Assembly (NCBI GenBank): GCA_964532505.1
Contig: CAZHIF010000003.1
Span: 21,237-85,236, forward strand
Origin: an uncultured Candidatus Peribacteria bacterium
Lineage (GTDB): Bacteria; Patescibacteriota; Gracilibacteria; CAIRYL01
DNA length: 64,000 nucleotides
Direction of reading: 5' to 3'
Of the stretch, positions 49,877 through 58,775 are shown piece after piece; positions within the stretch are counted from its first letter, which is position 1, and every line of letters begins with the position of its first letter. The translations under genes and the position numbers were made by a program. Below the pieces are notes generated by a model that ran no database searches, was not told the origin of the DNA, and saw only the letters and a list, made by a program, of their open reading frames with translations.

Positions 49877-50583
49877 TTTTCTTCACTAAAATGTATTGGT
49901 TCTTTTTTTGGCATTCCCACCATTCGTGGGTATTGTTTTTCTGTTGGCTCCACTTTTTTGATGTTCCAAAGCTCTCTAGCCTCACCTGTTGGCAGGGAGT
50001 ATGAAAACACTTCTTCGCAAAATCCTCCAAAATGATCAAGCACCAAATCATCATCTTTTTCGTTATGCTCTGGTCCTCTGTAGGAAATAAGGGGTTTCCC
50101 GAATTTGAGAAAGGGCAATGTCATTTCGAGCATCGGAGAAAAATGTGCAAAGGCACGAGTGATAACCATATCATACTGTTCTCGGTGTTTTTTTTCATGT
50201 GCTAGTTCTTCTGCTCTTCCCCACAGCACGTGCACGTTTTTGAGTCCCATTTTCTGTGCAAATTCTTCCACTGCTTTCAGCTTTTTTTGCACGCTATCCA
50301 CTGCATAAAACTGAATTTCTTGATATGCAAATGCGAGGGGAAGGGTTGGGAATCCGCCGCCTGTTCCCATGTCTATAATTGTTTTTGGCTGATATTTTTC
50401 AATATATCTACTTGCCGAAAGCGAATCATAAAAATGCTTACTCCACACTTCTTCTGCTGTTTTAAATGAGGAGAGATTAAGTTGCTCATTTTTTTTCAGA
50501 AAAATTCTACACAGTCGTTCAAATCCTTGCATATGAAAAACAGTGGCTTTTGGAAAAATGGCGTGAAGGGTTTCGAGGGTCAT
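49873..50583 (-). CDS. rsmG: 16S rRNA (guanine527-N7)-methyltransferase RsmG
   Basis: IIDMGTGGGFPTLPLA, YAVDSVQKK..., and WGRAEEL, typical of GidB/RsmG. The 3' end overlaps convergent map by 4 nt. Confidence 0.9.
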   Translation of the reverse strand: MTLETLHAIFPKATVFHMQGFERLCRIFLKKNEQLNLSSFKTAEEVWSKHFYDSLSASRYIEKYQPKTIIDMGTGGGFPTLPLAFAYQEIQFYAVDSVQKKLKAVEEFAQKMGLKNVHVLWGRAEELAHEKKHREQYDMVITRAFAHFSPMLEMTLPFLKFGKPLISYRGPEHNEKDDDLVLDHFGGFCEEVFSYSLPTGEARELWNIKKVEPTEKQYPRMVGMPKKEPIHFSEEN

Positions 50584-50601
50584 AAGAGGGAAAAGAAAAA
50601 A

Positions 50602-51210
50602 TTATGCAAATACCTTTGGTTGAAAGTTTTCATTATTGAGAATTTGCATATTTCCATCTTTCGATTGCACGAAAACAAAAAGCCCTTTTTTTTCTGCATA
50701 TTTTTCCACTTCATCTTTCACTACAAGCCCTCCGATGCCTCCTAATACGTTATATGTTTTATATTCTGGTAAAGCATCTTTAAATTTTGGAAGCTGTTCT
50801 GATAAAAATTTATCGATATGTTTTTGTGTGAGTTTATTTTTTACTTCAATTGGCAAAACCTCTGTTCCATTCACTACAATAACATCATATTCTGCGAATA
50901 TTTTTTTATTGCGTACGATTTTTACATTGCGTCGAATAGTGTCAAATTTTTTTCCTCGTTTTTCGAGCTCTGTTGGAATTGCTCTATAAATTGCCTCTTC
51001 TGCTATTTCACCCTGCACCAATCCCAGTTCTCCAAATAGAACCCCAATATCATCTAACTTTTTTATAGTTTTAGCCAGTTGGGCATCTGTTTTAGCCAGT
51101 TGGGCATCTGTTTTAGCCAGTTGGGCATCTGTTTTGGCTTGAGATTTCTCAAGGCGAGTAATGGAAACAGCGAGGTTTTCCACCAAATCTCTCAGTGCTT
51201 GATCGGTCAT
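50602..51210 (-). CDS. PD-(D/E)XK nuclease-like protein with an N-terminal AKTDAQL heptad-repeat coiled coil
   Basis: The N-terminus has 3.5 copies of AKTDAQL. The C-terminal core GEIAEE...EYDVIVVNGTEVLPIEVKNKL fits a D...E.K restriction-endonuclease-like motif. It resembles the DUF3782-type family as I remember it. Confidence 0.5.
   Translation of the reverse strand: MTDQALRDLVENLAVSITRLEKSQAKTDAQLAKTDAQLAKTDAQLAKTIKKLDDIGVLFGELGLVQGEIAEEAIYRAIPTELEKRGKKFDTIRRNVKIVRNKKIFAEYDVIVVNGTEVLPIEVKNKLTQKHIDKFLSEQLPKFKDALPEYKTYNVLGGIGGLVVKDEVEKYAEKKGLFVFVQSKDGNMQILNNENFQPKVFA
51068..51130. repeat. perfect tandem repeat, 3 x 21 nt (gttttagccagttgggcatct), plus a degenerate fourth unit to about 51145
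   Basis: Read directly from the sequence. It is in frame (7 codons per unit) within the 50602-51210 CDS. Confidence 0.95.
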
Positions 51211-51287
51211 ATCTTATATTTAAATTATTTTCATTTTCCCAAAAAAATATAAAAAACGCAAGTAGAAGGTGGGTCAAGGAAGTAATA

Positions 51288-53786
51288 TTATTTTTCATTC
51301 ACTTCCACCCCTGTATAATAATACTTCAAAATCTCTTGATAGTTAAATCCTTCATTTGCCATTGATTCCGCTCCACAGCCAGAGAGTCCCACTCCATGCC
51401 CTTGCAAGATTCCCTTTCCTTTTTTGCAATGGGTGTCGTCGACTGCTTTCAAATATGGTGTATTGTCCCATCCCCACACTTCTTTAGCACTCCTAGTTCG
51501 TCCATCACTTTCTGAAAAATAAGGCGTTTTCACCATATTCCCCAAAAACATTACCACTTGATTTTTTGTGGCGTCTACTGCTTGGGAAAAATGGGGAGAT
51601 CTTTTTTCGTATCCATATCCTAAATATTTTTGAAAACTCTCAGGGCTATCATCTCCATCATACGGTTTTCCTGGGTATTTTCGGTTGATTTCGTTCATAT
51701 AAAAGGCGGCATATGTTCTGGCGATCACTGCTATAGCTTTTTGTTTTTCGGTGGGGGCTGAATCAGAGACTTCGGCGATCCCTTTTAGATAGCTTTCCAG
51801 AGGAAGTTCGTTGATTACCATGAGTTTTCCGTTTTCAGAACGCAGCTCCAATACCCCTCGAAACTGATTATCATTGAGCGATTTATTCCATGTTGGTTGT
51901 CGTTCCCAAGAATCAATCGTGAGAATACCAGAATCGCTACTAAGCCGTACGACATTTGCAAGAATTTGATTATTTACTAGCACTTGATTTTTCTGCGTTG
52001 ACAGGTTGAGATTTAATCCTCCTGTAATAGTTTTTCCATCAAGGGTGATACTTAGCGGGTCTCCTGAGACAGTAGCGATATTTTCCGGATAGGAAAGCAA
52101 AATTCTAATATTTTCAGAATCACTTGACGAGCTGATGGAGCTGGATAAAGGAGTGGGGATTGGGCTGGTGAGCGGAGATTCCAAGGGTGTCAATTTCCAT
52201 TTTGCTCGTCCTCCAGAAATATTTTTTTTGTTTCGCTGTAATGTGATTGTATAGTTTTGGTTTTTGCTTAGCGGTTCAAACGCCTTAATCGTGAATGTGG
52301 CAACTGCATTAGGAGGAACGTTCACTTCATTCATGGGAATATTTTGCTTTACGCCAAGTCGCTTAATCTGCAATGACACGATTCCTTTTTGCCACGTGGT
52401 GTTTCCTGTGTTTTGAATTGAAATGGTGCTGGTTGGAGTAGTGTTGATTTTTGCCATTTGTCGAATAATTTTATTACTCATAAGTTTTGCCTTCCAAACA
52501 GGGGTAACTGCTGATGTGGGAGGAGAAAAAATAGAGTCCTGAGAAAGTTTGGCATAGTCTACTGTGTTTGTTCTGATGGCAGGAAGAAGTGCATATAGAA
52601 ATTTTCCAGGGCACGCAGTGCTTCCAAAATCTTTGTGTCCAAGCACATTAGGTGTAGTTTCTCCGTGAAATGAAGATGTTCCAGAAATATTGATATTATA
52701 TTTTTGGGAAAGTTCTTTAAGGAGTTTTTCAAGAGCTTTTATTTGCTCCACCGAAGGAGTTCCTGTTTCAAAATTCCCCATGAGCGAAATCCCCATGCTT
52801 TGTGCATTGGCGCAATACACATGTCCTCCCATGATATAATCTCCTCCAGCCTTTCCTTCATAAATTGTTCCACTTGGACCTATAACAAAATTATATCCAA
52901 TATCTCCCCATCCTTTGTTTTTGGCATGATATTTATAAATTGCTTGCATGATTTCTGCTTCTGTTCGAGTGCTTAAGCTTTCCATGCTTTCTGCCGTGTG
53001 GTGGATGAATATTTTTTTTATGACGGGAGAGTATCGATGTGGCCATGCTAGTTTTTTCCCGTTTTCATAATAGACCGATGCAGAGGTTTTGAAATCTTCT
53101 GGGGCAGCTGCTTGCCACGCCTCGCACTGAATATCTTGAGCAGAAGGAGTTGGGGTAGGTTTCCAAGGTGTGGGTTCTGGCGTGAGAGTAGGGATTGATG
53201 TGGGAGTTGGTACCACAAATCGAATCGATTCATCTGCTCCCCATGCTTCTCGTTTTACAATTCCTAAATTTTGAAAAAATGATTCATCCCTGCTGTATCC
53301 AATGCCTATATCCACCGTTCCTGCAAAAAACGGTTTTTGTGTCTCGATGGCAAATATTTGAAAAATAACGCTTTTCTCGCTTGTTTTAAACCGAAAATGA
53401 TCGACAGAAGCTGGCAAGATAAAAAGTTCAGAAAACGATTCATTCGCTGTATTCTCATCGCTTAGCGTAAGTATCTTCCATGTCTTTCCTTGGTCAAAAG
53501 AAATTTCCACAGGGGAAAACGCTTTCACCGAAACTGCATCAAATTTTTTTGAAAAAGTAATTTCTTTATTTTGATGACTTGCATCCAGCGTATATTCCAC
53601 GCCGTTGTATATATTTTGCGTTACATCAATCGTCATGGCAAACGTAGGAATTGCGAAAAATGCAGAGATAAAAAAAACAGTGTTTATAAAAAATCGTTGT
53701 ATCATAGGATTGTAATAAGAATTTTCGAAAAAAAGTGTAGCATACTTCAAAGCAGAAAAAATGAAAAAAGAGAGGTGTTGATTCAT
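51288..53786 (-). CDS. exported fusion protein: N-acetylmuramoyl-L-alanine amidase (Amidase_2/PGRP-type) plus SpoIID/LytB-type domain
   Basis: A likely true start is MIQRFFINTVFFISAFFAIPTFA (ATG near 53705), which forms a signal peptide. Amidase motifs are IFIHHTAE, GWGDIGYNFVIGPSGTIYEG and HKDFGSTACPG (about 52586-53021). The SpoIID-like C-terminus has YLKGIAEV...AIAVIARTYA...YFSESDGRTRSAKEVWG (about 51288-51926). Confidence 0.85.
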   Translation of the reverse strand: MNQHLSFFIFSALKYATLFFENSYYNPMIQRFFINTVFFISAFFAIPTFAMTIDVTQNIYNGVEYTLDASHQNKEITFSKKFDAVSVKAFSPVEISFDQGKTWKILTLSDENTANESFSELFILPASVDHFRFKTSEKSVIFQIFAIETQKPFFAGTVDIGIGYSRDESFFQNLGIVKREAWGADESIRFVVPTPTSIPTLTPEPTPWKPTPTPSAQDIQCEAWQAAAPEDFKTSASVYYENGKKLAWPHRYSPVIKKIFIHHTAESMESLSTRTEAEIMQAIYKYHAKNKGWGDIGYNFVIGPSGTIYEGKAGGDYIMGGHVYCANAQSMGISLMGNFETGTPSVEQIKALEKLLKELSQKYNINISGTSSFHGETTPNVLGHKDFGSTACPGKFLYALLPAIRTNTVDYAKLSQDSIFSPPTSAVTPVWKAKLMSNKIIRQMAKINTTPTSTISIQNTGNTTWQKGIVSLQIKRLGVKQNIPMNEVNVPPNAVATFTIKAFEPLSKNQNYTITLQRNKKNISGGRAKWKLTPLESPLTSPIPTPLSSSISSSSDSENIRILLSYPENIATVSGDPLSITLDGKTITGGLNLNLSTQKNQVLVNNQILANVVRLSSDSGILTIDSWERQPTWNKSLNDNQFRGVLELRSENGKLMVINELPLESYLKGIAEVSDSAPTEKQKAIAVIARTYAAFYMNEINRKYPGKPYDGDDSPESFQKYLGYGYEKRSPHFSQAVDATKNQVVMFLGNMVKTPYFSESDGRTRSAKEVWGWDNTPYLKAVDDTHCKKGKGILQGHGVGLSGCGAESMANEGFNYQEILKYYYTGVEVNEK

Positions 53787-53836
53787 TCTCTTTTTTTGAA
53801 GTTTATTTTCTCACTTTTATCCCTATCTTTAATAAA

Positions 53837-53893
53837 AATACATTTTGTGCAATTGACAAAGAAGCGAGTTGTAAGTGTTTTCACAAAAAAACT
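53837..53893. repeat. dispersed intergenic element, copy B (exact 21-mer shared with 6624-6644)
   Basis: aatacattttgtgcaattgac is identical to copy A, and the following roughly 27 nt are similar. It lies 50-70 nt upstream of the amidase gene start on the opposite strand. Confidence 0.8.
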
Positions 53894-53961
53894 GGGTACA
53901 AACAGTTGATTTATACGCAAAGGGATAAGAATTGATGAAAAACTCCACCTAAAAAAGAGGG

Positions 53962-54699
53962 TTATAAAAACTTCTCTAATTCTAAAAAGTTTTCAATAAT
54001 ACTATCTGCTTTTTGTATCACTTTTTCTCTTCGAATATTTCCTACAAATGCTATAAAAGCTCCATTTTTAGACTTCATCGAGATATCATTTGATCCATCT
54101 CCAATTCCGATTACTTCAATTTCTTCCATTTTTTTTAAAGAAAGAGAATGGGCCAAAGAAATAGCCATGCTTCCTTTTGCATTTTCTTTCCACATCATGC
54201 TCCTATTCCAATCTATTCCGCATACATTTCCGTCTTTATTCCACAAAAAATAATTTGCAAAAATTTGATTTTGCAAAATTTCTTGTTCTTTTTTAGAAAT
54301 ATCAAGCTCTCGAATTTTTGGTGCAATCACTTCAAAAAAACCACCAGAAACGATATAAAATCGATTTTTCAGACTCCCATGTTTTTGAATAAGTTTTTGC
54401 AAAAAGACTTCCACGCCAGCAGAAAAAGAAAGATTATTTTTTGCTACTTCTTCTAAGTTTTTTTTTGTCAAAAACTTTTTAGTATTATCTAATGCGTCCA
54501 AAAGCATTTCCACTCTCATTTCCAAACTTTTTTGAAATGGAATAGACTCATTCCCGTTCATTTGTTGATTTGTAAAGGTGGCAATTTTTTCAAATAATTC
54601 TTTTGAAACGAATTTAGCAATTTCATCTAATCCTTCTTCTCGCATAAGAGTTGAATCATTATCGCAGAGGAAAATAAGATTTTTATAGCTATTACACAT
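53962..54699 (-). CDS. serB: phosphoserine phosphatase-like HAD hydrolase
   Basis: HAD motif I FLCDNDSTLM, followed by EEGLDEIA, which is SerB-like. Motif IV is GDGSNDISM. It sits next to serC. Confidence 0.7.
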   Translation of the reverse strand: MCNSYKNLIFLCDNDSTLMREEGLDEIAKFVSKELFEKIATFTNQQMNGNESIPFQKSLEMRVEMLLDALDNTKKFLTKKNLEEVAKNNLSFSAGVEVFLQKLIQKHGSLKNRFYIVSGGFFEVIAPKIRELDISKKEQEILQNQIFANYFLWNKDGNVCGIDWNRSMMWKENAKGSMAISLAHSLSLKKMEEIEVIGIGDGSNDISMKSKNGAFIAFVGNIRREKVIQKADSIIENFLELEKFL

Positions 54700-54739
54700 A
54701 TTTTTGCGCTTATAAATAATTTAAAAACAAATTAGATTT

Positions 54740-55816
54740 TTATACAGAAGAGTCCAATACTTCTATTAATTGCTTTATGTCTTCCATTCTATGGGCAGGA
54801 AAATTAGCAATTCGTATTTCGGTATCTTTATATTTTCCATATCCAGACCCCAAAATAATTCCATGTTCTTTTACTTTCGTGATAATTTCAGAAGATGACT
54901 TTCCGGATTTGCTATCTATTTTAAAACATGGAGTGCTTACGGAATGCATTAAAATTTTTGGAGTCGAATTGGCGTGAGCATGAATATATGGAATTTTTTG
55001 AGAAATGGAGGAATATAAATATTCCGCTTTTAAAAGGGTGTATGCGTTTAAATGCTCTTTACTTCCAAAATCTTTTATAAATTGCTGACACACAAAGCCA
55101 AATCCTGCAATGCCCAGTACATTTGGAGTAGAAGGAGTTTGAAACACTTCCATTTTTTTTACCAAATTTTCAAAAATATATGGTTGCGTGAGTAATGCTT
55201 TTTCAACTGCTCGAGACGACATAATGCAAATTCCAAGCCCTGAAGGAAGTCCAAATGCTTTTTGCACTGAAAACACCCACGCATCAGCACTGGAAATATC
55301 ATAGGAATACGCTCCCATGATAGAAGTGACATCTACTGCTAAAAATTTTTCAGGATATTTTTTTCGAACTTCATTAATTTCTTCCTGAGCATACATCACT
55401 CCAGAAGAGGTTTCGTTTGCGGTGATGGTTATAAGATTTGTTTCTGATGACACTGGAAGTGTGTTGAGGTCAGCCTTTTGCCCGTGTTCGACACTGTGAA
55501 TAATAACGTTTTTTCCTGCATCTGTCGAAAGTTCACACCAAAGTTTTCCAAATGCACCGTTTTGAATTTGCACCGAAGTCGTATCGCACAAACTTTTGGA
55601 AACCAAAGAAAGCCCTTCGGTTGCAGAAGAGGTGTAAAAAATATGGTACTGATGCGGAATATCAAAAAAAGTTCGAAATGCCATCAGTGCGTTTTTTGAA
55701 ATTTCTGAAAATTTTTTACTTCGATGAGAAAGGGATCCAAGATCATTTTGAATTTGTTCGCATAAAAATTCTTTTACCCCAGAATAGAGCTGTGCAGGAC
55801 CAACGGTAAAGTGCAT
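54740..55816 (-). CDS. serC: phosphoserine aminotransferase
   Basis: FTVGPAQL, SHRSKKF, NETSSG, and FSVQKAFGLPSGLG (PLP-Lys region), collinear with E. coli SerC as remembered. Confidence 0.85.
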   Translation of the reverse strand: MHFTVGPAQLYSGVKEFLCEQIQNDLGSLSHRSKKFSEISKNALMAFRTFFDIPHQYHIFYTSSATEGLSLVSKSLCDTTSVQIQNGAFGKLWCELSTDAGKNVIIHSVEHGQKADLNTLPVSSETNLITITANETSSGVMYAQEEINEVRKKYPEKFLAVDVTSIMGAYSYDISSADAWVFSVQKAFGLPSGLGICIMSSRAVEKALLTQPYIFENLVKKMEVFQTPSTPNVLGIAGFGFVCQQFIKDFGSKEHLNAYTLLKAEYLYSSISQKIPYIHAHANSTPKILMHSVSTPCFKIDSKSGKSSSEIITKVKEHGIILGSGYGKYKDTEIRIANFPAHRMEDIKQLIEVLDSSV

Positions 55817-55832
55817 ATAATAAGATGAAAAA

Positions 55833-56693
55833 CTATTTTTTCTTATGAAGCATAAGCAATTTAAAAATATTTACAGAGTGCTGTGCTAAAATATAAAAAC
55901 TTGGACCGAGGACATAAAGCGGACCCAAAAAAGTAGCAGCAATCCAAATCATAAATCCAACATTTCGTTGTCCATAGCATTGAGAAAACTCTTCGCTGCA
56001 TGATCCTCCTATTTTTTTTCCAATCCAAAAATGAAAAATACACAACGTAAAAGCTATACCAATAATCGGAAAAATAATATATATTTGGTCGACATGTTCT
56101 TGCAAATACGCAGAAGCCTGAGCAACTCCACTCACAATTAAAATTGCCCATGCATAAAATCCAACTTCTTTTATACGGATAAGTTTTTGTGTAAGCCATG
56201 GAGAAAGATATTTTATACCTTTTGCAAGAAAAAAAGCGGGAGCAAGTAGCCAAAAAATCTTTACCAGCATTTCAGAAGAAGTTGCTAGTACAGACGGAGC
56301 AACAATGGGAGTAATAATCGGTAAAAATAATGCAATCCCCACATGGGTAAGCACCACCGCAGCAATCGCAAAACGCACATTTCCTCCAAAAACCGAAACC
56401 ATAGTAGGAGCTGCTGCCGCAGTAGGAATTGATGCTATTAAAAATCCTATTACGGCAAGTTCATAAGAAAATGGACGAAGCATAAAAAATACAATCATGC
56501 TTATCGTAATCATCATAAGCAATAGCAGCCATACAGAAGGAATTGAAAAATCTTTAACCTGAATATCAGATGATAAAAATGGAAAAAACATTACGACCAT
56601 TAAAATGAGCGGAACAAAATCTTTTAAAAAAGAAAGATCTGGAAACACTGCCCCCAAAAGCATAGCGATAATAAGAGTAATAGGCTGTTTCAC
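55833..56693 (-). CDS. bile acid:sodium symporter (SBF-like) family membrane transporter
   Basis: About 9-10 hydrophobic helices. ASIPTAAAAPTMVSVFGGNVRFAIAAVVLTHV resembles the BASS signature region. Assignment is tentative. Confidence 0.5.
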   Translation of the reverse strand: MKQPITLIIAMLLGAVFPDLSFLKDFVPLILMVVMFFPFLSSDIQVKDFSIPSVWLLLLMMITISMIVFFMLRPFSYELAVIGFLIASIPTAAAAPTMVSVFGGNVRFAIAAVVLTHVGIALFLPIITPIVAPSVLATSSEMLVKIFWLLAPAFFLAKGIKYLSPWLTQKLIRIKEVGFYAWAILIVSGVAQASAYLQEHVDQIYIIFPIIGIAFTLCIFHFWIGKKIGGSCSEEFSQCYGQRNVGFMIWIAATFLGPLYVLGPSFYILAQHSVNIFKLLMLHKKK

Positions 56694-56707
56694 AATAAGT
56701 AAAAAAA

Positions 56708-57057
56708 TTAAGAACGAGATAAAAAATAACGACGCAGGAGTATCGTTGCAATGAATGAAATATTTATAAAAATAATAGCACTAGGATAAAAAGCAGTGAT
56801 TATGGAAATTTCATCGAGTACATAAATCGTACAAAGAGAAACGAAGGATCCACTCACGAAAACCCCAAGAGGTTCTGAAAATGGATTATTCCAGCTTTTT
56901 CTAAGTGTTGGAAATACCAAAGCCCATCAATAAAATTGATAAGAATAACAGAATAAAGAGGGGTGTCGGTTGCAAGCCATAAAGGAATCGAAAACAGTGC
57001 AATTATCACATATAGGCGATAATTAAAACAAAATACGAACTTTCCGAGTTCCGTCAA
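56708..57057 (-). pseudogene. possible frameshifted small membrane-protein gene (two overlapping hydrophobic ORFs)
   Basis: ORFs 56854-57057 and 56708-56920 are both hydrophobic and would join with a 1-nt shift near 56915. The upstream ORF overlaps the serA 3' end by 35 nt. Confidence 0.2.
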
Positions 57058-58240
57058 TTGCTTTCAGCATTTCTCCTAATTCTTCAAAATACCCATGTTC
57101 ATCAATGTCAACAACCACATATCCGACCTCTCCACGGGTTTGTAAAAACTGTCCAAGAATATTTATTCCTTTTTCAGAAAAAATTTGATTGATTTTAGAA
57201 AGCATTCCGGAGCGATTTTCATGAACATGCAAAATTCGATGTCCTTGTTTTTGAAGAGGTAATGAAACTTCTGGGAAATTGACCGCTGATTTCGTTGACC
57301 CATTGTCAGAATACATTACCAGTTTTTCTGAAACTTCGATTCCAATATTTTCCTGTGCCTCCAAGGTGCTTCCTCCAATGTGCGGTGTAAGAATAACATT
57401 ATCAAAGCCTCTCAATGATGATTCAAAAGGATCTTGATTGCTTTTTGGCTCTGTTGGGAAAACATCAATTGCAGCTCCTCGAAGTTTTTTTGAAGATAAC
57501 GCATCACAAAGGGCATCAATATCAACAACATTTCCGCGAGCATAATTCAAAAATACAGCCCCTTCTTTCATTTGATCAAATTGTTCTTTTTTCATCATCA
57601 TTTTTGTTTCCGTTGTTGCGGGAACATGCATGGTGACAATATCAGAAATCTGTAATAGTTCATTCAGTGTGGCACACAGCTTAGCATTTCCATGGGTAAG
57701 TTTTTTTTCTATATCGTAATAATAAACATGCATTCCAAGCGCACTTGCTAGCACTGAAAGCTGGGATCCAATATTCCCATACCCCACAATTCCAAGTTTT
57801 TTTCCTCGTACTTCGTTTGAATTTTTCGCCGATTTTTCCCACACTCCACGATGGGCTTTTGCATTTTTTTCAGGGATGCCACGAATAAGCATAATGGAAA
57901 GTGCCAATACAAGCTCTGCGACACTTCGAGTATTGGAAAAGGGAGCATTGAAAACAGGGATTCCAAGTCTTGCAGCGGCATCTAAATCAACCTGATTGGT
58001 TCCAATGCAAAAACATCCAATGGCTTTTAGCTTTGGGCATTTTTCCAATACTTCACGAGTCAATTTTGTATTTGACCGAATTCCAACAAACGAAGCATCT
58101 TTTAGCTTTTCCACCAGCTCATCACCCAAAAGAGCATTTGGTAAAAGCTCTACATTTTCGTATCCATGCTCCGCAAAGCAATGTACGGCACTTTTGTGAA
58201 TTCCTTCCAAAAGAAGAATTTTGATAGATTGTTTTTTCAT
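57023..58240 (-). CDS. serA: D-3-phosphoglycerate dehydrogenase (long form with C-terminal ACT domain)
   Basis: Long stretches are near-identical to remembered E. coli SerA: IGCFCIGTNQVDLDAAARLGIPVFNAPFSNTRSVAELV, GIVGYGNIGSQL, LTPHIGGST.EAQENIG, YSDNGST.SAVNFPEVSLP. Confidence 0.95.
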   Translation of the reverse strand: MKKQSIKILLLEGIHKSAVHCFAEHGYENVELLPNALLGDELVEKLKDASFVGIRSNTKLTREVLEKCPKLKAIGCFCIGTNQVDLDAAARLGIPVFNAPFSNTRSVAELVLALSIMLIRGIPEKNAKAHRGVWEKSAKNSNEVRGKKLGIVGYGNIGSQLSVLASALGMHVYYYDIEKKLTHGNAKLCATLNELLQISDIVTMHVPATTETKMMMKKEQFDQMKEGAVFLNYARGNVVDIDALCDALSSKKLRGAAIDVFPTEPKSNQDPFESSLRGFDNVILTPHIGGSTLEAQENIGIEVSEKLVMYSDNGSTKSAVNFPEVSLPLQKQGHRILHVHENRSGMLSKINQIFSEKGINILGQFLQTRGEVGYVVVDIDEHGYFEELGEMLKAIDGTRKVRILF

Positions 58241-58247
58241 AAAATTA

Positions 58248-58469
58248 TCAAGAAAGTTTTTTTTTCATTTCAGCTATTTTATTGGAAATGTCGTATATTA
58301 TAGCAACTGGTAAAATGATGATATCTAATACTTTATGAATACTTTCTCGTACTACGGTTTTGAACAATCCAATTTCTTTTACGGCATCTTGAAATTCTTT
58401 ACTTTCTATCGCTGGCAAAGAAAAAATGTTTTTTACACTCTTTCCAGTTTCTGATTTTTTAAAACTCAT
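58248..58469 (-). CDS. small hypothetical protein (73 aa)
   Basis: Same strand as serA, ending 7 nt upstream of its start. One hydrophobic segment (VLDIIILPVAIIY). No motif. Confidence 0.35.
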   Translation of the reverse strand: MSFKKSETGKSVKNIFSLPAIESKEFQDAVKEIGLFKTVVRESIHKVLDIIILPVAIIYDISNKIAEMKKKLS

Positions 58470-58621
58470 AATTATAATTTAAATATTAAAAAAATCATCA
58501 ACACTTTATATAATTTGCTTCTTTAAAAACAATGTAAAAATGTAATTTCACATATTTTATTTGTCGAAAATATATCAACACTTTTTTTAAAAATAAAAAA
58601 TCTGATCGCGTCAAAAAATTC

Positions 58622-58651
58622 TTGCACGGGAAAGACCAAGTGCGATACACT
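58622..58651 (+). promoter_or_regulatory. candidate promoter for tRNA-Leu
   Basis: TTGCAC (58622-58627), an 18-nt spacer, then TACACT (58646-58651), ending about 15 nt upstream of the tRNA 5' end. Confidence 0.3.
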
Positions 58652-58666
58652 GCGTTGGTAGCTTTT

Positions 58667-58752
58667 GCGCAAGTGGTGAAATGGTATACACGCAGCCTTG
58701 AGGTGGCTGTGCCCGTATGGGTGTGGAGGTTCAAGTCCTCTCTTGCGCACCA
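58667..58752 (+). tRNA. tRNA-Leu (anticodon GAG), class II with long variable arm, CCA encoded
   Basis: Hand-folded. Acceptor GCGCAAG/CTTGCGC, 3-bp D-stem GTG/CAC, anticodon stem CAGCC/GGCTG with loop TTGAGGT, a 15-nt variable arm, T-arm GGAGG-TTCAAGT-CCTCT, then A plus CCA. Confidence 0.95.
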
Positions 58753-58775
58753 TTTTTTTTATAGATGCTCTGTCT

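Noticed and set aside
51068-51145. Regularly spaced identical 21-nt units, which might look like a mini CRISPR array.
   Set aside because: The units are directly abutting with no spacers. They are in frame and encode AKTDAQL heptads inside a CDS, and no cas genes are present. This is a coding tandem repeat.
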